Shown here one piece after another: positions 10,789-20,351 of a stretch of DNA of 64,000 bases. The translations under genes and the position numbers were made by a program. The notes under the pieces were generated by a model. It worked only from the letters and a program-made list of their open reading frames with translations, made no database searches and was not told the origin of the DNA. This DNA is from an uncultured delta proteobacterium (GTDB taxonomy: Bacteria; Desulfobacterota; BSN033; UBA1163), in NCBI GenBank assembly GCA_963828805.1, contig CAWHGS010000048.1, forward strand, positions 15,152 to 79,151, written 5' to 3'. Positions within the stretch are counted from its first letter, which is position 1, and the number at the start of each line of letters is the position of its first letter.

Positions 10789-11777
10789 ATGCGAAGAGGA
10801 TTGATGATGGCAGGTCTTCTGGGGCTGTTGATCGGAGTGGGATTTTCGGAGAAGAGGTACGGGCGGCGGGGCAATATCCTGTCAAACCCATCGAATTTAT
10901 CGTTTCCGTTGAAGCCGGTGCGGACGGGGATCAGATTAACCGTCCGGTGGTGAAGAATCTTTCTGAGATCCTCGGTCAGCCTGTTATCATTGTCAACAAG
11001 CCCGGAGGCGGCAGCACCTACGGCTACCGGGAGCTCTTAAATGCCAAGCCGGACGGCTATACGATCGGGTGGGGATCGGCCGTGGCCGTCGGCATTAAAT
11101 TGCTGGGTATAGCTCCGTTTGACGATAGAAACTTTACCCTGCTGGGAAACTACGGCAGCTATATACCCGTGATTGTGGCGTCGACAGCCACGAAGCGTCC
11201 CTTCAAGACGATTCAAGAACTCATCGCTGCTGCCAAAGCCAACCCCGGTGAAGTCACCATGGCAACCGCGTGGACCGGAGGCGGGTGGTGGATTGCAGCT
11301 CAGGCTTTTCTGAGCAAGACTGGACTTAAGTTCAATGCGATACCGCTACAGGGCAGTGGTGCCATGGGTGTGGCCCAGACAGCAGGGGGGCATATGGATG
11401 TCTGCGTTGTGGCCCTCGGGGCGGCAAAAGCCATGATCGAGAGCGGTCAGCTCCGCCTGCTGGCCACAATGGGAGAAGAGCGATTGTGGGCGCCGTATGA
11501 CAAGGTTCCAACCATCAAAGAGCTCGGGTATGACATGAGCTATGAATCGCCCAACTTCACCATGGGGCCGCCCAATTTGCCTCCTGCCATTGTGGACAGA
11601 CTGGTGCCGGCGATCAAGAAGGCAGTGGACACTCCGGAGTATAAGAAGTACTGTTTGGAGAGGGCGTTTCGCTGGAATTATCTGCCTCCTGATAAGATGG
11701 TTGGCATGCTGGACAGGCAAAGAGAGATCGTGCGGGACATCTTTGCGAAAGCAGGGGTCCTGAAGGAATCTAAATAG
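10789..11777 (+). CDS. tctC: Tripartite tricarboxylate transporter substrate-binding protein (frameshift after signal peptide)
   Basis: YPVKPIEFIV, LGQPVIIVNKPGGG, AKPDGYTIG, VPTIKELGYD. Confidence 0.88.
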
Positions 11778-12094
11778 GAAGGGAGCAAAGCCCAGTTCTT
11801 GTCTTTCAGGGTGTGACGCCACGCCGCGGCCGGCCGCGTGGTGGAATGTCTTTTTCTACCCGGAGATCACCGAGAACGTCCTGATTGAAGCTGCCGGGCC
11901 TGGCCGGAACGAATCCTCATGCTTGGATATCAAGCCTTCAAGCGAATGCGTTGATCTCTTGAGATCTTCGGTCGGGTTGAAAACCTGACTTACCGGTCTT
12001 ATTGCGTTGACCTTCGAACAAAACCGAGATGCGAGATGAATCGGGACGAGAAATCTCCGGATTCTGCCTGTAAAAAGTTGAGAAAGGATTTGCC

Positions 12095-12553
12095 ATGAGG
12101 AAGCTCAAACCATTTCCACTGGAATTGACCTTTGATTTCATTCTTACGGTATTGGGAATCATCATCGTCTTCAACTCTTTAAAATATGGTTTTGGGACCC
12201 TTCGGACTCCGGGCCCGGGTCTGTTCCCCTTCTTCCTCGGGCTCGGCGTTTTGATCTTCGGTCTGGCCCTCCTGATATCCGAATTCAGAACACAAATACG
12301 CTCAGCTTCATTGAACAGGGAAGACGTTAAATCCCTTCTTTCAATGATGTTCGCTTTCTGCGTGTGGATCCTGGCTATGCCGTTTTTGGGTTATGTTTTC
12401 GCGACCGTGCTCGTTACGTATGGGATATGTAAGATCATGAACCTGGAAGGGTGGTGGAAACCCTTATCGGTTTCCGTCGGTACGGCTTTGTTTATCTATT
12501 TTCTGTTCGATTACTGCCTGTATATCGACTTGCCCAAGGGAATCTTGGGATAA
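12095..12553 (+). CDS. tctB: Tripartite tricarboxylate transporter small membrane subunit
   Basis: PGPGLFP, LGY, C-terminal LPKGILG; several hydrophobic segments. Confidence 0.88.
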   Translation: MRKLKPFPLELTFDFILTVLGIIIVFNSLKYGFGTLRTPGPGLFPFFLGLGVLIFGLALLISEFRTQIRSASLNREDVKSLLSMMFAFCVWILAMPFLGYVFATVLVTYGICKIMNLEGWWKPLSVSVGTALFIYFLFDYCLYIDLPKGILG

Positions 12554-12564
12554 AGGGGAGAAAC

Positions 12565-14076
12565 ATGGAAGGATTCAATCCTCTTCTGAATGGTTTCATG
12601 AATTCCTTGAGTTTGGTTAACCTCGTTGCCTGCTTCACCGGGGCCTTGGTCGGCACCATCATCGGTGTTCTGCCGGGGTTAGGACCCACCGTGACGCTGG
12701 CCCTGATGCTTCCCTTCACTTTTAAATTCGGCCCCACGGCTGGTTTGATCATGATGGCAGGGGTGTGGTACGGAGCGATGTACGGAGGTTCGACCACGTC
12801 GATCCTGGTCAATATCCCGGGGGAGGCGGCAAGCGTGGTGACCTGCATCGATGGTTACCAAATGTGCAAAAAAGGAAGGGCCGGGGCCGCTCTGGCACTG
12901 GTGGCGATTGGGTCCTTTGTTGCCGGCACGATCGGTATTGTGGGCCTTCAGTTCTTTGCCCCGCTCTTAGGAAAGGCGGCCTTAGCCTTTGGCCCGCCGG
13001 AATATCTTGCCGTCATGATTCTTGCCTTTGTGGTCTTGTCCAACCTCTCGGGAGAGTACCCGGTTAAAGGGGCAGCCATGACGTTTTTGGGACTGTTTGT
13101 CAGCTCCATCGGCATGAATCCTTTGGATAGTTATCCGCGTTTTACGTTTGGCTCGGAAAAGCTGTTGATGGGAATTGATTTCTTACCTCTGGCGATGGGT
13201 TTGTTTGGAGTTTCAGAAATCTTAAATATCGCCCTCGAAAAGCATCCCGATCAAGAGTATCGAAAGATCCGTTTCCGGGAGTTGTATCCGACGAGAGAAG
13301 AGACCAGGCGTTCTGTCGGACCGGTCTTGCGGGGATCGGTTCTGGGTTTTTTTGTGGGGCTTCTGCCGGGGCCGTGTAATGTGCTTTCCACTTTTATATC
13401 CTATGCTGTTGAAAAGAAGGTTTCAAAGACTCCCGAGGAATTCGGGAAGGGTGCTGTGGAAGGCGTGGTGGCCCCGGAATCCGCCAACAACAGCGCCGTC
13501 ATGGGGGCCATGATTCCCCTGTTGACGTTGGGCATCCCTTTTGCCGCGCCGAGCGCGGTGATGCTGGCCGGATTGCGGATGCACAATGTCGAACCCGGAC
13601 CGATGCTCTTCACCACCATGCCGGAGATGTTCTGGACCTTTATCGCAGCCATGTATATCGGCAATCTGATGCTCTTGATCCTTAATCTGCCTCTCGTTGG
13701 GCTTTTTGGAAGGATCGCCGTCATTCGGCCGGCCATCATCATGCCCGCGATCAGCCTGATCTGCCTGATCGGCGTCTATAGCGTCAGAAACTCGATGTTC
13801 GACGTCTGGATCATGATCATCTCCGGGCTCATTGGATATTTCCTTCGTAAATGGAAATTCCCGATCGCTCCTTTTATTATCGGGGTCGTCCTCGCTCCGA
13901 CAATGGAAAACAGTGTTCGCCAATCCTTGATGTTGTTCAAGGGGAACCCCTTACTGATTGCCGGCCGTCCGATTGCCATGACCTTATTGGTCTTCGCCAT
14001 CGTCCTCATCATTTATAGAATCGTATCTTCCCTCTTGGGGAAAAAGATTACATTGGAGGGCGAAGAGCCGGGGTGA
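12565..14076 (+). CDS. tctA: Tripartite tricarboxylate transporter large membrane subunit
   Basis: GTIIGVLPGLGP, YGAMYGGSTTSILVNIPGE, GVVAPESANNSA, IPLLTLGIP. Confidence 0.94.
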   Translation: MEGFNPLLNGFMNSLSLVNLVACFTGALVGTIIGVLPGLGPTVTLALMLPFTFKFGPTAGLIMMAGVWYGAMYGGSTTSILVNIPGEAASVVTCIDGYQMCKKGRAGAALALVAIGSFVAGTIGIVGLQFFAPLLGKAALAFGPPEYLAVMILAFVVLSNLSGEYPVKGAAMTFLGLFVSSIGMNPLDSYPRFTFGSEKLLMGIDFLPLAMGLFGVSEILNIALEKHPDQEYRKIRFRELYPTREETRRSVGPVLRGSVLGFFVGLLPGPCNVLSTFISYAVEKKVSKTPEEFGKGAVEGVVAPESANNSAVMGAMIPLLTLGIPFAAPSAVMLAGLRMHNVEPGPMLFTTMPEMFWTFIAAMYIGNLMLLILNLPLVGLFGRIAVIRPAIIMPAISLICLIGVYSVRNSMFDVWIMIISGLIGYFLRKWKFPIAPFIIGVVLAPTMENSVRQSLMLFKGNPLLIAGRPIAMTLLVFAIVLIIYRIVSSLLGKKITLEGEEPG

Positions 14077-14540
14077 TTTCTTCAATTTCACCAGGAGAGT
14101 CGAGACTATTTCAGGTGGAATCGACAGAGATGATCAGGGCAGATGAAATGACAACGAGCCAAAAAAACTGATGTCTCCAACCGTAACCACTAAAACGATC
14201 TTCAATACATTCCCGCCGCGCTATTTACGATATCAACCTTGCTGTTGCAAACCTTTCTCATAAAAGAGCGGGCAGGTAGGCTTGCAAAGCCTCAAAGCGG
14301 AAACCTTTGAACGATTGTACTACTGATGAGAATCGATATTTTCTGGCCCTCACCCAAGGTGAAGTCCAGGATGAACCCGAAAATATGATCAAAACCGCGT
14401 TTTAAGGGTTTGAAAGCATACCTGCCCGCGAAATCTTTGCAACCGTCGGGTCAAGTACCTGTCTTCGATAGGTGGAATAAATGGATTCCCATAATTATAT
14501 TTAAGTCGGGTGAGGTCGTTTGAAGAAGGAGGCGTCCAAC

Positions 14541-14717
14541 ATGTATAAATGGATAAGAATAGTGAATTTATTCCTGGCGCTGGTTCTCCTGGCCTTCTTT
14601 TCCATTGGGTGTGCAGAGACATCCAGTGACACAAGAATCAAATGCGTTAAATGCAGTTCCACCTATACCATTGATGAAGGGTTATCCGAGACTCAAACGC
14701 CGGGAGGGAGCAAGTAA
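14541..14717 (+). CDS. Small putative lipoprotein with a CxxC
   Basis: RBS AAGGAGG, hydrophobic signal, SIGC lipobox-like motif, CVKC. Confidence 0.6.
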   Translation: MYKWIRIVNLFLALVLLAFFSIGCAETSSDTRIKCVKCSSTYTIDEGLSETQTPGGSK

Positions 14718-14755
14718 CCTCATTTCCCAGGCAGAATACGGGAAAGGAGACTCTG

Positions 14756-15055
14756 GTGAAGCTGTTAGTTGTCTTGATAATGTCAGGCTTTTTGAGTTTT
14801 TCTTGCGCTTCTGAACTCCGAGTCACTCCCCTGCACAACAATAGATACGAAATTTCTGTGACCGGTGGAGACCTAAAACCGGGTAGCAGCTATGATAAGT
14901 GGTTAGCTGAAAAGGCAGCTCAACTCTGTCCCGGCTATAATCTTTTGTCTGCAGATAAGAAATGGAGTCCTTTCGACAGTGGTGTTGTAAGTCAGACAAG
15001 AAGCTGGGTCATAGAATGCCCGGCAACAACTAAAAAAACAGACTTAACAAATTGA
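14756..15055 (+). CDS. Putative lipoprotein, hypothetical
   Basis: RBS AAGGAG, signal ending FSC, two further Cys. Confidence 0.6.
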   Translation: MKLLVVLIMSGFLSFSCASELRVTPLHNNRYEISVTGGDLKPGSSYDKWLAEKAAQLCPGYNLLSADKKWSPFDSGVVSQTRSWVIECPATTKKTDLTN

Positions 15056-15412
15056 TATTGCGAATGAATACATGATTCCATTCTCCATTCTTGTTCTTCT
15101 TGGATCTTTATTTTAGATCTCAGCTTAACCAGAGCCTTCTATTGTTCAAGGAGCATAGAGGTCAGGATAGCTTCAAATGCCGAACAAGGATCGGGACAGG
15201 ACTTGACATGGAAAGAAGCAGAAATGATAATTTTATTAGGGAGTCAGAGGAAGGATCCTCAAAGGCTTAAATCAAAAAAGAATGTGATAATCCAATTAAT
15301 GCCTCAAGTCCGGAGGTGCTCTCGAACTATGAAATGGTTTTTGGCTTAGGAAGTTACGCTATGCGCCATGCTCTATGCGCTATGCGATTTTTTAGCTAAG
15401 GAGGTGATTGAA

Positions 15413-15580
15413 GTGGCCTATGTCATTGGCGAAGAATGTGTGGCTTGCGGAACCTGTGCTGAAGAATGTCCTGTTGAGGCCATTCAAGAGGGAGAACCCT
15501 ACGTGATCAACGAAGAAAAATGCACGGATTGCGGGTCCTGCTCCGAGGTTTGTCCTGTCGAAGCCATCACTCAGAAATAG
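15413..15580 (+). CDS. 2[4Fe-4S] ferredoxin
   Basis: Two CxxCxxCxxxCP motifs; RBS AAGGAGGT. Confidence 0.94.
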   Translation: MAYVIGEECVACGTCAEECPVEAIQEGEPYVINEEKCTDCGSCSEVCPVEAITQK

Positions 15581-15596
15581 TGAAAACGGCGACTGG

Positions 15597-15710
15597 TCTC
15601 TCAGGGAGGGTGAAGAGGTTGAGTCCGAAGTCACCCAGGGAACAAAGGGGCCCAGTGCAGCTAACGTAAGTGTTATAGGCAAACCCAAAAGACATTTCGT
15701 CCCCAGTTAA
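15597..15710 (+). pseudogene. C-terminal remnant of a cold-shock protein gene
   Basis: [28 protein letters not shown] resembles the C-terminus of Csp at 10250 ([28 protein letters not shown]). Confidence 0.75.
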
Positions 15711-15740
15711 AAACCCAGCCGGAACTGAGCTGGGTTTTTT
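15709..15740. terminator. Bidirectional terminator
   Basis: AAAAACCCAGC-loop-GCTGGGTTTTT between convergent genes. Confidence 0.75.
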
Positions 15741-15773
15741 ATTTTATATGAAAGCAGAGCTGCCTGGCTATCT

Positions 15774-15953
15774 TCAGCAGGAGCAACCCTTGCCTGGTTT
15801 TTCGGTTTTCTTCTCCTCGTCCGCGCTCGCGGTCAGGATATAGGTGCATCCGCAAGCTCCGCACTTCATCCTGTATCTCCTGTCAGGCAGGACATCGACC
15901 ACCTCGGATTTCTCTCCTTTCCCGCATTCCGGGCACTGGAATTTGAGCACCAT
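15774..15953 (-). CDS. Small zinc-ribbon protein, hypothetical
   Basis: CPECG and CGACG pairs plus terminal CSC; RBS GAGGAGGT. Confidence 0.7.
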   Translation of the reverse strand: MVLKFQCPECGKGEKSEVVDVLPDRRYRMKCGACGCTYILTASADEEKKTEKPGKGCSC

Positions 15954-16230
15954 GGGAATCACCTCCTCATTAAAAAGTATGCACTTTCGTCGAGGGGTGC
16001 AATGATCTGAGATGATAAGGAATTCTTTCACATGGGTGCCCGGCATAGGAACAGCCCTTGCCTGATGTTGTGAGGTTTTTAGGTGTCACGACATCAGCGG
16101 TAAATGAGGCGTCCAATTCAGAGGAGGTGGCTGCTTTACAGCAATATTCTTAAGTTGTTTAAGAACGAATGTCCCCTTTTTGCTTCCGGCCAAATCGCCG
16201 GAGTTGAGGTTTAAAGGAGGTAAGGGGACA

Positions 16231-16407
16231 TCATCTCTTTCCGGACCTGGCATCATGATAACCTGCGTCGTAGGATTGATCTTCGGGTGTTGAACGGAAA
16301 AGACTCAAGATCGCATCCCCGAGGCCATGGAATAAACCGTCTAGAAAGCCCGCCTCTTCGGCTTCTTTCACACCCTGTTGATAAGCCTTTTTTTCTCTGC
16401 TACTCAT
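16231..16407 (-). CDS. 58-aa hypothetical protein (not in ORF track)
   Basis: Hand translation MSSREKKAYQQGVKEAEEAGFLDGLFHGLGDAILSLFRSTPEDQSYDAGYHDARSGKR; RBS GGAGGAG. Confidence 0.6.
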   Translation of the reverse strand: MSSREKKAYQQGVKEAEEAGFLDGLFHGLGDAILSLFRSTPEDQSYDAGYHDARSGKR

Positions 16408-16957
16408 TTTGAACTCCTCCTTTCTTGCTGCTCAGGAGATGACATGGAGCGAAATTTTACTCTTTTTCCACCCATTTATATTATAAAACAGAACAATATA
16501 AAGGGAGGGGACGTGGGGTAAGATACAACTTATTATCTAAGAGGGAGAAATGAGTTGTGGAAAATCCCCCGCCAGAATAGAATACTCCGGCCAGATATGT
16601 GCACCTCCGCGAGGCCCAAAGGAGTCGACAAAGATCTTTCCTGAATCTGTATTGATGGTGTACGTGCCGCTCATTCGACCGATCTGATAACGGCGCAAAT
16701 GCAGGAAAATAGAAACAGATGGGGTGATGCAATCGTAGTAAAGTAGTTAACTTGAGAGAGCCATTCGAGGTAAGCCTTGCCGTGGTTCGAAAACTGCATA
16801 TACACTTCGCGGGAGGGTTATATCACTTTATCTCAGGACAAAATCAAAGACAATATTTATTTCTTTCCGAGACAGACTTGAAGGGATTCCCCTCCTTTCT
16901 TTCTTAGTGCAAGATCCGATATTGCTTTCGTCTTTATGCGTACGCCCTCATGATAGT

Positions 16958-17635
16958 TCAATTGTTTCCTCTCGGACCTGTACATTCCAGCAGGTTCACC
17001 AATAAAGAAACCGAACCCACAACAACTCCTGCAGATACGGCTATGAATGCCGGAATCAATTGAGAATCTCCTCCCGTTGAAAAAGACCTAAGTGTAAACC
17101 AATACAAGCTGATGAAGCAGACGCATGATCCGACCCCCGCCAATATTGCTATTATCCATTTAACTGCTCCCGGAGTTGATTTGACCCTATAAGTAAAAGT
17201 TCGAGACAGCAATATTGTTGTCGCACCAAGAATCAGGATTTGCAGGCCCAATGGAAAAAGAACCCCCAGGATAAAAGAGAGAAATCTCGAGAGAAATTCG
17301 GGAAGAACTGAAAGGGCGTCCCGGAGAAGATCTGAGAAGGTAAAGAATTCTAAAAATGGCGGATAGATAATAACCAAGATCAACGAGGCGACAGAAGCCC
17401 ATCCGGTCGTTCTCCTCCACTTCATGTGTTTTACGGTGGAAACACCGAACAGGCATAATATACCCCCAATGCCAAGGATTATTAGAAAAATGATAGGAAA
17501 TACCTTCTCAAAAAGGGTATCAAGATTATCTAAAATCTCCATAGGGTCCTCGAAAGAAAAAAGATGTTGTGTCTGTAATACAAACAATATTGCAAGAATG
17601 GTTACTTCCACTTCAAAAAGGCGTCTCTTATGCAA
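16958..17635 (-). CDS. Hypothetical multi-pass membrane protein (start uncertain)
   Basis: About five hydrophobic segments; no recognised motif. Confidence 0.6.
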   Translation of the reverse strand: MHKRRLFEVEVTILAILFVLQTQHLFSFEDPMEILDNLDTLFEKVFPIIFLIILGIGGILCLFGVSTVKHMKWRRTTGWASVASLILVIIYPPFLEFFTFSDLLRDALSVLPEFLSRFLSFILGVLFPLGLQILILGATTILLSRTFTYRVKSTPGAVKWIIAILAGVGSCVCFISLYWFTLRSFSTGGDSQLIPAFIAVSAGVVVGSVSLLVNLLECTGPRGNN

Positions 17636-17737
17636 TCAAAACCGGTCCAAAACTCCAGTACTGGATTGCCTCGGAGAGATAAGCGGGCTGGATAGACCCC
17701 TGACTTCCAAGGTTTGTAATGGTCGGGCCACCTTCAA
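17636..17737 (-). pseudogene. 3' remnant of a YifB/ComM Mg-chelatase-like ATPase gene
   Basis: LKVAR/TITNLGSQGSIQPAYLSEAIQYWS resembles the ComM C-terminal consensus LKVARTIADL...HLAEAIQYR; contains indels. Confidence 0.65.
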
Positions 17738-18124
17738 TCGCCCGGATTCAACTCGGCCCAGCCTCCCGCCTACGCCGTCCGGTAATCATATCGCAAGCAA
17801 TAATTTCCGAAATGTTATCCCCCAAACCACTTTCTGTCAATGAGAATTCGGGGGAAAATTCGGGGGTTTTCACCATTCTATCCGTGAAGCAAATCATTCA
17901 ACACTTTCAATATTCCCCTTGCTTTCAGGACATCAAAGCCGTTATAAATCGTCCCGGACCGAGAATGAGTCAAGGAACTACTTCGTGCTTGAACTGAGAG
18001 TATCCTTGAGAAGGCGGTTGTGGGGTCGAGTTCCGGATCGTCTCTGCCCGCAGGGTTCCAGAAGGGGAAAGCGCTTCGTCCACTCTGTTGAGAATCATTC
18101 GGAATTTTGCCAAGGGAGGGAAAA

Positions 18125-18496
18125 ATGAACATTAATGTTGTTGCTTCAATAGTGACTGTATTTAGCACATTGCTTACGGCGCTCTATGGATCCAGCGGCT
18201 TTGACATATGGGATTTATCCATAGGATTATTCGTGATATACATAGCGTGTTCTTTTAGAAGAGAGTTTTCACAGGACCCGAGGGCGTTCAGGATCGTTCA
18301 GGTAGGAATGGAAATTGCCGGAATGATCGTATTAATGACACTAACCACCGCCGTCTCCAGAGAAACTGCCGGGCTGATGGAGAAAAAGTTTCTTAACGAA
18401 ACGGTCAGTTGGTTTTTTGTAGCAACCCTCGTGTCTGTTCTCATTAGCTTCATCGTATTCAAACGGGTTTCTCCTACGCCGAAAGAAGGCAGTTGA
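18125..18496 (+). CDS. Hypothetical membrane protein
   Basis: Four hydrophobic segments; RBS GGAGGG. Confidence 0.65.
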   Translation: MNINVVASIVTVFSTLLTALYGSSGFDIWDLSIGLFVIYIACSFRREFSQDPRAFRIVQVGMEIAGMIVLMTLTTAVSRETAGLMEKKFLNETVSWFFVATLVSVLISFIVFKRVSPTPKEGS

Positions 18497-18546
18497 CCTT
18501 ACCGACGTCTTAGATACCTCTCATTTGACCGACCTGAAAACGCCGC

Positions 18547-18990
18547 TTATTCAGGAAACCTCTGCCTCGCGAGTGAGTCGCGGTGCAGATCAAGCTCCAA
18601 GCCGTATAGCGGTGAGCGTCGCATGTATTCGACGAAACTACCTCTTGGGTGTTTTAGCCGTTTGTACTCCTTGCTCGAAATGACGATAGCGGCCGGTTCC
18701 CCGTGAACCGTGATCTCCTGGGGGCCGTTCTTCGCTGCCTTCTTGACTACTTCGCTTAGGCGGGCTTCGTCATGCCGTTCAGATACTGGTTTAAGAGAAC
18801 CTTGCTTTGATCTGCCCTTACCAATAAATGGGAAATCCTTAACCGAAGAAGGCGGATGTGGACGAGTTTCGGAAATGTCTCGTTTTACGATCTCCCGAAT
18901 CAACCCCGCAATCGATTTTTTCTCCTTGAATGCCCGATGTCTTAGCAACTCATAGACTTCTTCCTCCACCTGGATTTGGACGCGTTTCAT
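18547..18990 (-). CDS. Chimeric antitoxin: RHH/CopG-like N-half fused to Phd/YefM-like C-half
   Basis: MKRVQIQVEEEVYELL...SIAGLIREIV...VSERHDE then ARLSEVVKKA...PQEITVHGEPAAIVIS...EY. Confidence 0.72.
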   Translation of the reverse strand: MKRVQIQVEEEVYELLRHRAFKEKKSIAGLIREIVKRDISETRPHPPSSVKDFPFIGKGRSKQGSLKPVSERHDEARLSEVVKKAAKNGPQEITVHGEPAAIVISSKEYKRLKHPRGSFVEYMRRSPLYGLELDLHRDSLARQRFPE

Positions 18991-19023
18991 AATGGGTGCC
19001 TCCCCTTATTTCTCGTTCTATAT

Positions 19024-19049
19024 TTAACATCATGATGTAATGATGTTAA
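19024..19049. promoter_or_regulatory. Operator-like palindrome upstream of the antitoxin gene
   Basis: TTAACATCA-N8-TGATGTTAA with internal ACATCATGATGT palindrome. Confidence 0.6.
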
Positions 19050-19129
19050 GCGTCAATAACCTGAAAGAAATAGCCCTCTCTACCAGATTTTGGAAAGTCT
19101 CTAGGTCAGGCTGGGGATATTCGGAATTC

Positions 19130-19447
19130 CCGAGTAAGACGGAGTCACAGCAAGCCGTTTCCCTTTGCTCACCATCGCTGAATGTCCCGCATATTTACAT
19201 CCATCCAACCCGTTTATGTCCTCGTGTTGCGGGGCAGGATGTAGTGCCTGATCGTACTAAGAGATGAAAATGGTTGGGCATCAACGCCATGCGAATACCC
19301 ATCATGCCTTCCTTGAAGCAAACTCCGCCAATCACCGGAAAAAGTCCTCTTTGTTCCAGTCATCCAAAAATATCCGGCCTCGTTCGATCCCTCTCCCCAT
19401 CAGATGATGTAGCACACCGGGGCCTCCAGTCTCGCTTGTCTTGGCAA
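19130..19447 (-). pseudogene. Degenerate REP-associated tyrosine (Y1/HUH) transposase, RAYT-like; 3' limit approximate
   Basis: Hand translation across indels: MPRQARLEAPGVLHHLMGRGIERGRIFLDD...AWALMPNHFHLLVRSG (HUH motif), with in-frame stops and an internal deletion. Confidence 0.8.
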
Positions 19448-19724
19448 GGCCTGCCTTAGCATATGGGTGCTTATATTGGAAACGTCCCCTTGTCCTTAAC
19501 TGGGAGATAAAGGGGATGGTCTGTTAGTGGCAAAGAAAACGGTACCGAATATGGTAGTGATGGATTCGTAAGATGTTAGCACCGATCTAAGTATTCCCTC
19601 CTTCTCATTGCTGTTCTTCAAGCCCACAGAAAAATAGAGATCCTTTTCCTTCTCATTCCTCTTGGTCCTTTTCTTCCTTTGGCTTGTATGATTACTGTCA
19701 TTCCAATGCCGAAGGGAAACTAAG

Positions 19725-20351
19725 ATGCGAGGGAAACGGTGTCCGTATTGCCATAAGTTCTTTTCACCCAATCCGAAAGTAAGGCAACGGCAGAGAACTT
19801 GTGGCCGTCCTTCCTGTCAGAAGGCGTTAAAGGGAGAGAGAAATGCCCGATGGCGAGAGGAAAACCCTGATTGCTGCCGTGGGGATTACTCAAGGGTCAA
19901 AGTCTGGCTTGATGGTCATCCGGGTTATCTCCGGCGTTACAGACAAAGCCATCCTACCTATGTCGAGAAGAATCGTCAGGCCCAAAGGTTCCGGGACCGA
20001 CGAGAAAAGGTTCATCTTGATATACAAGCCAAGATAAAGAGGGAACCTGCTGAAATCATTAATGAAATAACTGAGCAATCATTGAGTTTGTCCCATCTTG
20101 ATATACAAGACGAGACATTCTTACAACCCATTGAAATCCATTATGTTTTATCCACGTTAGCCTGCCTAAAGCCTCTTGATATACAAACTCAGTTGGACAA
20201 ATCGATTCCTTCGAAGGACAATGGCCTTATTCCACCGGGAGGTCAGTCCCATGGCCATCAAAAGACTCCTTTGTCCAGACCGAGTTCGAAAGATCGAAGG
20301 CTCCTTCAGTTGGATCGATCACCGCTTTGTCACCGAAGGGTTCCTCCATGA
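19725..20351 (+). CDS. Element A ORF1: Cys4 zinc-finger, basic protein
   Basis: CPYC-x16-C-x4-C, W...NPD, HPGYLRRYR; homologous to 28256-28657. Confidence 0.75.
   Translation: MRGKRCPYCHKFFSPNPKVRQRQRTCGRPSCQKALKGERNARWREENPDCCRGDYSRVKVWLDGHPGYLRRYRQSHPTYVEKNRQAQRFRDRREKVHLDIQAKIKREPAEIINEITEQSLSLSHLDIQDETFLQPIEIHYVLSTLACLKPLDIQTQLDKSIPSKDNGLIPPGGQSHGHQKTPLSRPSSKDRRLLQLDRSPLCHRRVPP
20013..20194 (+). repeat. Triad of direct repeats TCTTGATATACAA in element A (starts 20013, 20094, 20172)
   Basis: CATCTTGATATACAAGCCAAGAT / CATCTTGATATACAAGACGAGAC / CCTCTTGATATACAAACTCAGTT; spacing 81 and 78. Confidence 0.85.

Noticed and set aside
11778-12094. GC-rich gap between tctC and tctB with palindrome CGCGGCCGGCCGCG, possibly a gene remnant or RNA
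   Set aside because: No recognisable protein or RNA motif could be assigned.
19680-19724. TGTCA as the outer terminus of element A (similar TGTCA near 28684 for element B)
   Set aside because: The partner ends are missing, so no inverted repeat can be verified. Boundaries are left approximate.
20013-20194. Repeat triads as a CRISPR array
   Set aside because: Only three short copies, about 78-bp period, inside an ORF, and no cas genes. Kept as a separate non-CRISPR finding.
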